Assembly: GCA_942492995.1 (NCBI GenBank) | Contig: OW818653.1 | Location: forward strand, 1,590,001 to 1,622,000 | Reading direction: 5' to 3' | From: an uncultured Erysipelotrichaceae bacterium | GTDB taxonomy: Bacteria; Bacillota_I; Bacilli_A; Erysipelotrichales; Erysipelotrichaceae | DNA: 32,000 bases | Part shown: in pieces, positions 8,593 through 15,442 of the stretch | Layout: the number at the start of each line of letters is the position of its first letter | Position numbering within the stretch: position 1 is the first letter of the stretch | Translations under genes and position numbers: made by a program | Notes under the pieces: generated by a model | Database searches by the model: none | What the model saw: only the letters and a program-made list of their open reading frames with translations | Told to the model about the DNA's origin: nothing

Positions 8593-10002
8593 TTAGAAAT
8601 TAAAGTAAATAAATGGGTTATAACTTCCCTTTATTATGGTTGATATGCTTAAAATCAATAATAAAATCATTGTGATAGGATAGAGAAAACGGAAAATCCA
8701 TGCCCATTTTGATTTATCTTCATCGACAATAATCGTATTCATTCTTCGTGCGATTGGGATAGAGAAAATGATACCAGCTAAGAATATAATCCCAAATTCT
8801 CGTACAAACATATACGATATTGAATCATAAAAACCTCCTGCCCCAAACATCGATGCGAACATTTTACCTGCATCATAAATAGAGTTTGCGCGGAAGAATA
8901 CCCATGCGAAGTTAATCATTAGTAAGGTATAAATATGACGAAGTATTTTCGCGATTTTAATGTTTTCGAAATCCACAAAGCGTTCTACAACGAGCACAAC
9001 GAAATTAAATAATCCCCATAAGACAAACGTCCAATTTGAACCATGCCATAAGCCCGTTAATGCCCAAACGATTAATAAGTTAAAGATAATTTTATCTTGA
9101 TTCACAACTCGTGATCCACCAAGTGGAATATAGACATAATCTCTAAACCAAGATGATAATGTCATATGCCAACGACGCCAGAATTCGTTAATACTTTGTG
9201 CTATATAAGGGAAATTAAAGTTTTCTTCTGTTTTGAAACCAAACATCAACGCAACACCGATTGCCATATCAGAATATCCCGAGAAATCGAAGTAGATCTG
9301 TAATGTATATGCGATTGTGCCTAACCAAGCTAAACTCATCGAAATGGATTGTGTATCAAGAAAGCCATATACTCGATCTGCCACAATTAATAGTACATTC
9401 GCAATCAGCGTCTTCTTCGCAAGACCTACCACAAAACGTTGTACGCCTACCGCAAAGCGTTTCGTACTCTCTTTTCGATCTCTTAATTCAGATTCCATAT
9501 CCTTATAACGTGCAATTGGACCCGCAATTATTTGAGGGAAAAAGGTCACATACAGCGAAAAATTTAATAGCGATGTGGCTGGTTCAATATCATGTCGATA
9601 TACATCAACTTGATAGGAAATAAGCTTGAAAAGATAGAATGATATTCCTAAAGGTAATAGTAATCTAAGAGTAGAATCCTGAAGGAATCCAATCGCTTTT
9701 AGATTATCTAACGTGAAATTAAAGTATTTAAACACGAACAACAATGATACATTCACAATGATTGTAAATACGAATAAACCTTTAGATTGAGCTCGATTAT
9801 GAATAATATGCGAAAGACTATAATTAAACAGGATAACAAATACGAGTAAACCAACCATTTTTAAATCAAACCAGGCATAAAAGATTAGACTAGCGATTAA
9901 CAGCCAACTATTTTGAACAATTCTTGAGAATGAAACTAAATAATATATGACAATCACTATCGGAAGGAAGTAAAACAAGAATCCTGTGCTATTAAATAAC
10001 AT
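8593..10002 (-). CDS. MBOAT-family membrane O-acyltransferase (AlgI/DltB/WssH-like)
   Basis: 469 aa, polytopic. Carries FWRRWHMTLSSWFRDYVYIPLGGSR and the conserved His region LTGLWHGSNW. An AAAGGAAGG RBS is present. Confidence 0.88.
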   Translation of the reverse strand: MLFNSTGFLFYFLPIVIVIYYLVSFSRIVQNSWLLIASLIFYAWFDLKMVGLLVFVILFNYSLSHIIHNRAQSKGLFVFTIIVNVSLLFVFKYFNFTLDNLKAIGFLQDSTLRLLLPLGISFYLFKLISYQVDVYRHDIEPATSLLNFSLYVTFFPQIIAGPIARYKDMESELRDRKESTKRFAVGVQRFVVGLAKKTLIANVLLIVADRVYGFLDTQSISMSLAWLGTIAYTLQIYFDFSGYSDMAIGVALMFGFKTEENFNFPYIAQSINEFWRRWHMTLSSWFRDYVYIPLGGSRVVNQDKIIFNLLIVWALTGLWHGSNWTFVLWGLFNFVVLVVERFVDFENIKIAKILRHIYTLLMINFAWVFFRANSIYDAGKMFASMFGAGGFYDSISYMFVREFGIIFLAGIIFSIPIARRMNTIIVDEDKSKWAWIFRFLYPITMILLLILSISTIIKGSYNPFIYFNF

Positions 10003-11002
10003 TTTTGTTTACCTTCCTTTTATTACGTTTGATTCGATAAAACAGTAGAAATAACCCAAACACAACACCGATTGTTATTTGAATATATGGTGTATAACGT
10101 ACATCAAACCATTGTTTGAATAGATTATTTAGATTTGTGGTGGAATCAGGAAACGCAATATTTATTCCATTTGCGGTTTCATTTAAAATCCATGATTGAT
10201 ATGTTTTAATTGGATATTCACTCTTATACCCAAATTCATCTACGAATAACAATGGTATTTCACCATCAACTGACTTATCTATAATAAGTTTATTATTTTC
10301 TATGCGTACACCAGGTACTTCATCTTCGATTATGAAATAACCAGAATCAACGATTGGCAAATTGATTAACGATTCACCTTGAACTGGAATTTGGATTTCT
10401 GATTCACTTATAACATCCTTATTAAGTTTGGAATCATACCATTCATTATCGATTCCATTTACTAATTGAATCGAATTAATTTTAATATTTAATGATTCAT
10501 TCGCGTTTTGAACAAAAATTATCGACCAAAACTCAAGATTTTTTAAATTTTCTTTTAACTGATTAAACGGTAAGTATAATCGTCCACTAAATGCTTGATC
10601 AATTGTATACGTTTCGAAATTTTGAACTAATTTTTTAATCATCTTTGACCCATCATCAATCAAGAGTAATTTTTCATCTTCTTGATAACGATACTCATTA
10701 TTTGATTTAAATAATAATGTAAAATTAACTGGCCCATCCGTCTCAATACCTATTACCATGCCATCATAACTGGAGAAAGATTGAGTTTTATAGTCCACAA
10801 TACTTGTAGATTGGTTTGGTGTACTCGTATCAGAGGTTAAACTAAACTCATTCCCTGTTCTAATCACATTAACTGTATCAGTCCAAATCCGATAACTAGG
10901 ATCTAAATAGCGTGAATCATGCGCAAACACATTTAATGTACTAAAAACTAAACAAATTAATACGATAAAACTAGATCGTTTCCATTTCATTAAATTCACC
11001 AT
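9992..11002 (-). CDS. unknown exported protein with signal peptide and C-terminal membrane anchor
   Basis: About 336 aa from ATG 11002 (GGAGG lies 5 nt upstream). Signal-peptide-like KWKRSSFIVLICLVFSTLNVFA, then about 280 aa rich in beta-type sequence, a C-terminal TM helix IQITIGVVFGLFLLFY and a basic tail RIKRNKRKVNK. It overlaps the synthase by 32 nt and the MBOAT by 11 nt. Confidence 0.7.
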   Translation of the reverse strand: MVNLMKWKRSSFIVLICLVFSTLNVFAHDSRYLDPSYRIWTDTVNVIRTGNEFSLTSDTSTPNQSTSIVDYKTQSFSSYDGMVIGIETDGPVNFTLLFKSNNEYRYQEDEKLLLIDDGSKMIKKLVQNFETYTIDQAFSGRLYLPFNQLKENLKNLEFWSIIFVQNANESLNIKINSIQLVNGIDNEWYDSKLNKDVISESEIQIPVQGESLINLPIVDSGYFIIEDEVPGVRIENNKLIIDKSVDGEIPLLFVDEFGYKSEYPIKTYQSWILNETANGINIAFPDSTTNLNNLFKQWFDVRYTPYIQITIGVVFGLFLLFYRIKRNKRKVNKNVI

Positions 11003-13202
11003 CAAATCCTCCTCTCTTTTTAGACTTAGACACAGCCTTTAATCCTTTATCTTTACTTACCCATGTATGAACGATTGTATTAAAATAAGGATTATTTCTT
11101 AATTCATCCCCATTTAACACCTCATAAAGAGTCCCGTTCCCAGTATTTTTGAACTTCTTACCTTCAAGTTTAATCTTTTCATTTAGATCTACTGTTACTA
11201 AATCATTAGTAAATCCATGTGCCATGAAATAATCATAATTAAAATCATGAATATGAATCGATAATCCATCGTGTGTTTGATATACATGATTAACATGAAT
11301 ACGCGCCATTTTTCTATTTTGACCATAGAAACGATCTACACGTTTCAATAAATTCAATCTTAAATCATCAAATGTACTAATTGAATCAGGTAATCGTGTT
11401 GGTAAACTTGGTTCTCTATTATAAAGAAATTGAAGATAATGGTCATTCATTGCTTGATCAATCTCTGTATATTTAAAGGCATATCTCCAGCTCTTATCTT
11501 CGTTACGTACGTTCACAACTTCCGCTATCATATTGATTGATTGATTCTTTTCGAAGAATGTTACTTCTATTGGGTCTTTTGGGTCAAAATAATAAGGGTA
11601 GTCGATAGAAATAGAGAAACCACCTTCACTAAGGTCAATTGTTTGTGTATCAAGAGATAAATTAGCTTGTTTAAGTTGAACAGCATGTTTCGCCATAAAA
11701 CGTTCAGAATTTCTTAAAGGTTTACGTCCTAGCATGAAGAAAATCGACATTAATAAGTTATACATGTTTACTAACAGCCAATATAATACAACTAAATACG
11801 TTAATGTATTCTCAACGAAGATTCGATTAATCATATTATACGCACCAAAAATCGTTAACATCAGTAATAGAGCATGTGGAATCGTCCACAATAAGCTAAA
11901 ACGATTATTCGCAGCACGTGTTTTACTCGTAACCGCAAATTTACGTTTCTTTATACCTAATGTCTCTACAATTACTGGAATTAACAAATAAGGGAACAGA
12001 ATTGTATTATAAATACTCGTCCACTTAGTACTACGAATTCCTTTTGACAATAGTTTTAGTGTTTGATTCGAGAACCAATACATAGGAAGCCAGAATATCA
12101 ACACTTCAATGAGTGAAGTTTGAACAACCATAATCCCAAATACACTGAACAGGATTGGAGCTAAGATATAGATTAATCGTTTTAACGGTTCATACCAATA
12201 CCATACAGAAGATATATATGAGAATTTTTGGCCAATCGTCAGACCTTTTAAACCCAATAGATTTACATTACGTACTGTTTGGATACAACCACGAGCCCAT
12301 CGTTCACGTTGTTTAAATAAGCTTTTAACATCATTCGGTGCTAAGCCTATCGCACACACCTTATCTATTGCGTAACATATATATCCTTTACTTTGAATTA
12401 AGATACCTGTCGCAAAATCCTCTGTTATAACCCCAATTCTAAATCCACCCACTTCATCAAGCGCTTTTCTAGAAATAAGTGTGTTAGAGCCGCCAAAAAT
12501 AACTGTATTACTTCGATTACGTGACAATTGAACATCACGATAGAAGTAATCTTGTTCATCTGGTATACGTTGTTCAGAGTATAAATGATACTGAAATAAA
12601 TCTGGATTATAGAAAGCTTGAGGTGTTTGAACAAACCCAATCTTTTCTTCTTGAAAGAATGGAACCGTTTCTAATAGGAAATGACTTAGAGGGATCATAT
12701 CCGCATCAAATACCGCTACTAAATCACCTTTTGCGTATTTTAATACATTATTTAAATTCCCTGCTTTAGCATGTTTATGTTCATCTCGAATTACATACTT
12801 AATATTTAACTCATCTGCTAGTTTTCGAACTTCTTGTCGATTTCCATCATCACATAAATATATTTCTAATTTACTCTGATCAGGATATTCTAATTGTTTC
12901 GCACCTAGGATTGTTTTACGTAATAAATCTACAGATTCGTTATATGTAGGTATAAGAATATCTACGCTTGGTAATTGATTTATATCTAATTCAGGTTTAC
13001 TCGGAACCAGTGGATTTGACATACCAACATAATGATTCAAGGATTCAGTCATCCCCAATACTTCGACACCCCATAGATATAATCCAGCAACCAATGAAAC
13101 TATTCCAAATGATAATGGCAACGTAAAAAATGTACGCCATAGGATATAAATTAATGCGGTCACGAACGTACCAATATATAATATTCGATTTCTATTTTTC
13201 AT
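10971..13202 (-). CDS. BcsA-like processive family-2 glycosyltransferase (cellulose-synthase-like) with C-terminal PilZ domain
   Basis: 743 aa. Motifs: DDG118, HAKAGNLNN, DAD166, TED260, QRERW298 (QxxRW). Multiple TM helices. PilZ motifs RNSER497 (RxxxR) and DLSEGG523 (DxSxxG). Confidence 0.88.
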   Translation of the reverse strand: MKNRNRILYIGTFVTALIYILWRTFFTLPLSFGIVSLVAGLYLWGVEVLGMTESLNHYVGMSNPLVPSKPELDINQLPSVDILIPTYNESVDLLRKTILGAKQLEYPDQSKLEIYLCDDGNRQEVRKLADELNIKYVIRDEHKHAKAGNLNNVLKYAKGDLVAVFDADMIPLSHFLLETVPFFQEEKIGFVQTPQAFYNPDLFQYHLYSEQRIPDEQDYFYRDVQLSRNRSNTVIFGGSNTLISRKALDEVGGFRIGVITEDFATGILIQSKGYICYAIDKVCAIGLAPNDVKSLFKQRERWARGCIQTVRNVNLLGLKGLTIGQKFSYISSVWYWYEPLKRLIYILAPILFSVFGIMVVQTSLIEVLIFWLPMYWFSNQTLKLLSKGIRSTKWTSIYNTILFPYLLIPVIVETLGIKKRKFAVTSKTRAANNRFSLLWTIPHALLLMLTIFGAYNMINRIFVENTLTYLVVLYWLLVNMYNLLMSIFFMLGRKPLRNSERFMAKHAVQLKQANLSLDTQTIDLSEGGFSISIDYPYYFDPKDPIEVTFFEKNQSINMIAEVVNVRNEDKSWRYAFKYTEIDQAMNDHYLQFLYNREPSLPTRLPDSISTFDDLRLNLLKRVDRFYGQNRKMARIHVNHVYQTHDGLSIHIHDFNYDYFMAHGFTNDLVTVDLNEKIKLEGKKFKNTGNGTLYEVLNGDELRNNPYFNTIVHTWVSKDKGLKAVSKSKKRGGFDGEFNEMETI

Positions 13203-13226
13203 ATTCGCTCTCAGCTTTTAAAGTAC

Positions 13227-13255
13227 AGTTTACTTACCAAACCTATAGTCGTCAA
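13227..13255 (-). promoter_or_regulatory. candidate sigma-A promoter for the polysaccharide operon
   Basis: Minus strand reads TTGACG, a 17-nt spacer, then TAAACT. It lies in the 72-nt tadA/synthase spacer. The -10 is weak. Confidence 0.3.
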
Positions 13256-13274
13256 TTAATTAGATAATTATTCA

Positions 13275-13748
13275 TCACTTATTCCCGATTTTTCGTTTAT
13301 TTTTAAAGAAATCCTTTAAAATTGCCGAACTTTCGTCTTCACAGACACCAGAAACAACCCATGGATAATGGTTAAACCCTTTTATTAAACTAACATCATA
13401 TAGTGAACCTAAACTTCCGCCTTTAGGATCTTTTGCGCCAAAAACGATTCCATCTACTCTTGAGAGAATACTAGCACCGATACACATTGTACATGGCTCA
13501 AGCGTTACATAGAGTATACATCCATCTAATCGCCATGAATTTAATTTATGACAAGCCTTATTTATCGCTAGTACTTCCGCATGTGCTGTAGCACTTTGGT
13601 TCTTTTCTCTTAAATTATGTGCTCTTGAAATTACTTTTCCATCTTTAATAATAACAGCCCCAATTGGGACTTCATCTATATCATTCGCTTTTTGCGCTTC
13701 TTTAAGCGCTAACTTCATATATTTAATGTGTTCCATTGATTTAATCAT
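13275..13748 (-). CDS. tadA: tRNA adenosine(34) deaminase
   Basis: CDA zinc motifs HAEVLAI and PCTMCIGA. The start is ATG 13748 or 13736. The tracked start at 13772 would overlap the SRP RNA. Confidence 0.9.
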   Translation of the reverse strand: MIKSMEHIKYMKLALKEAQKANDIDEVPIGAVIIKDGKVISRAHNLREKNQSATAHAEVLAINKACHKLNSWRLDGCILYVTLEPCTMCIGASILSRVDGIVFGAKDPKGGSLGSLYDVSLIKGFNHYPWVVSGVCEDESSAILKDFFKNKRKIGNK

Positions 13749-13750
13749 AT

Positions 13751-13836
13751 AAAAAGGCTGCCACACATGCAAGAGCCTATTAAGGCTGCTGTCTTCCGAC
13801 CCTGACCTGGTTCAAAGGATTGCATTGTAGCAGCTC
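13751..13836 (-). ncRNA. ffs: small (4.5S-type) signal recognition particle RNA
   Basis: The minus strand contains AACCAGGUCAGGGUCGGAAGACAGCAGCC (compare E. coli 4.5S ACCAGGUCAGGUCCGGAAGGAAGCAGCC). A long closing helix pairs GCUGCUACA-AUGCAA with UUGCAU-G-UGUGGCAGC. It ends in U5 and is preceded by a consensus promoter. Confidence 0.88.
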
Positions 13837-13840
13837 ATTT

Positions 13841-13869
13841 ATTATACCTAAGCTGTTCGTTAATTTCAA
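13841..13869 (-). promoter_or_regulatory. sigma-A promoter of the SRP RNA
   Basis: Minus strand reads TTGAAA (13869-13864), a 17-nt spacer, then TATAAT (13846-13841). Confidence 0.7.
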
Positions 13870-13870
13870 C

Positions 13871-13884
13871 GTTTCACGTGAAAC
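13871..13884. repeat. palindrome GTTTCACGTGAAAC, copy B (just 3' of the serS stop)
   Basis: Perfect 14-bp palindrome. On the minus strand, 16 nt (ATGTTTCACGTGAAAC) are identical to copy A. Confidence 0.9.
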
Positions 13885-13886
13885 AT

Positions 13887-15182
13887 TTATTTCTTTGGAG
13901 TGATTTTTTCTTTCATTCCCATGTAAGGACGTAATGCGACAGGTATGTTTACCGATCCATCTTCATTTAGATTATTTTCTAAGAAAGCAATCAACATTCT
14001 AGGTGGCGCAACAACCGTATTATTCAACGTATGCGCAAAGTATTTCTCATTTTCACCTTGAACACGTATTTGAAGACGTCTTGCTTGTGCATCTGTTAAG
14101 TTTGAGCAACTTCCAACTTCGAAATACTTTTGTTGGCGAGGACTCCAAGCTTCAACATCAACTGATTTACTCTTTAAGTCTGCTAAATCTCCTGAACAAC
14201 ACTCTAATACACGTACGGGAACATCAAGCGAACGGAAGAAATCAACTGAATTGTTATATAAGATTTCAAAATACTTCTTACTATCTTCAGGTTTACATAC
14301 AACGATCATTTCTTGTTTTTCAAATTGATGAATTCGATAGACACCACGTTCTTCAATGCCGTGTGCACCTACTTCTTTTCTAAAACATGGAGAATAACTT
14401 GTATATAAATAAGGTAAATCCTTTTCATCAAGAATATTATCAATAAACTTACCAATCATTGAGTGTTCACTTGTACCAATAAGGTATAGATCTTCACCCT
14501 CAATTTTGTACATCATGTTTTCCATTTCCGCAAAGCTCATAACACCCGTCACAACTTCTGAACGTATCATATATGGAGGAATTACATAATCGAATCCACG
14601 ATCAATCATAAAGTCTCTTGCATAACTTAAAATTGCGGAATGAAGTCTCGCAACATCACCAATTAAGTAATAGAAACCATTTCCGCTCGTTTTACGTGCA
14701 GAATCAAGGTCTACACCACCAAATCGTTCCATAATATCGATATGATATGGGACTTCAAATGGTTTTAGTGTAGGTTCACCAATTCTCTTACGCTCAACAT
14801 TTTCACTATCATCTTTGCCTAACGGAACTGTTTCATCAATAATATTAGGAATTACTAACATTCTTTGACGAATTTCTTGTTGGAGTGGTTCTTCACTCGC
14901 TTCTAGATCAGACAATTCTTGAGCAAGTTGTTGAACCTGAAGTTTTAGTTCCTCAGCTTCTTCTTTCTTCTTTTGGCCCATCAACACACCAATTTGTTTG
15001 CTTAATTTGTTACGTAACCCACGTAACTCATCCGCACGTGTCTTGGTTTGACGATATTTAACATCTAATTCTAAAACTTCGTCCACAAGATTCAATTTAG
15101 CGTCTTGGAACTTCTTTCTCATATTCTCTTTTACTAATTCTGGATTCTCACGAATCAATTTAATATCTAGCATTTCTTTCAT
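13887..15182 (-). CDS. serS: seryl-tRNA synthetase
   Basis: 431 aa. N-terminal coiled-coil arm and a class II core (FRKEVGAHG, GSCSNLTDAQARRL, NNTVVAPPRMLIAFLEN). AAAGGAG RBS. Preceded by a T-box leader. Confidence 0.95.
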   Translation of the reverse strand: MKEMLDIKLIRENPELVKENMRKKFQDAKLNLVDEVLELDVKYRQTKTRADELRGLRNKLSKQIGVLMGQKKKEEAEELKLQVQQLAQELSDLEASEEPLQQEIRQRMLVIPNIIDETVPLGKDDSENVERKRIGEPTLKPFEVPYHIDIMERFGGVDLDSARKTSGNGFYYLIGDVARLHSAILSYARDFMIDRGFDYVIPPYMIRSEVVTGVMSFAEMENMMYKIEGEDLYLIGTSEHSMIGKFIDNILDEKDLPYLYTSYSPCFRKEVGAHGIEERGVYRIHQFEKQEMIVVCKPEDSKKYFEILYNNSVDFFRSLDVPVRVLECCSGDLADLKSKSVDVEAWSPRQQKYFEVGSCSNLTDAQARRLQIRVQGENEKYFAHTLNNTVVAPPRMLIAFLENNLNEDGSVNIPVALRPYMGMKEKITPKK

Positions 15183-15195
15183 TCTCCTTTAAAAT

Positions 15196-15402
15196 AAAAA
15201 AAGTCCTTGTAAGGGACGATGAATTACCGTGTTGCCACCCTCGTTGAAATGTTTCACGTGAAACATAACCACTCAAACAAGATAACGGTTGCGCCGGAAG
15301 TAACCTTCACTCAGGGGTGGAATTCAAAGTTGTTAATTACAAGTTTCACCATCCCTTGTATCTCTACATTTCAACACTTTGATTAGTCCCGTCTTTGTTT
15401 AT
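15196..15402 (-). promoter_or_regulatory. T-box riboswitch leader (Ser)
   Basis: The minus strand has AGAGA and GGUGAAA stem I elements and the T-box sequence AACGAGGGUGGCAACACGG. The terminator is GUCCCUUACAAGGAC plus U7. The tentative specifier is UCC followed by A, in GAAUUCCAC (15321-15319). Confidence 0.85.
15249..15266. repeat. palindrome ATGTTTCACGTGAAACAT, copy A (inside the T-box leader, stem III position)
   Basis: Perfect 18-bp palindrome immediately 5' of the T-box sequence on the minus strand. Confidence 0.9.
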
Positions 15403-15408
15403 GCATTT

Positions 15409-15437
15409 ATTGTATAAATTGCCCTTTAATAAGTCAA
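15409..15437 (-). promoter_or_regulatory. sigma-A promoter of the serS leader
   Basis: Minus strand reads TTGACT, a 17-nt spacer, then TACAAT. It begins 5 nt after the cyclase stop codon. Confidence 0.65.
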
Positions 15438-15442
15438 GAAAC

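Noticed and set aside
9261-9623. Two nested antisense ORFs (120 aa and 63 aa) within the MBOAT gene
   Set aside because: They lie opposite the conserved MBOAT core. Their Ser/Pro/Gln-rich translations are typical of antisense reading of membrane-protein codons.
11734-12769. Three short ORFs (85, 71 and 82 aa) inside the synthase gene on both strands
   Set aside because: All are contained within the GT2/PilZ coding frame, which shows a complete catalytic motif set. None has a start context.
13203-13274. c-di-GMP riboswitch upstream of the polysaccharide operon
   Set aside because: The spacer is only 72 nt, too short for a GEMM-type aptamer plus expression platform, and no conserved GEMM helices are visible.
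13749-13772. N-terminal extension of tadA (MHVWQPFY...) as tracked
   Set aside because: It would be translated through the 3' half of the SRP RNA gene and its U-run. Conserved TadA sequence begins near MEHIKYMKLALKEA.
14003-14383. 126-aa ORF antisense to serS
   Set aside because: It is embedded in the class II catalytic core of serS.
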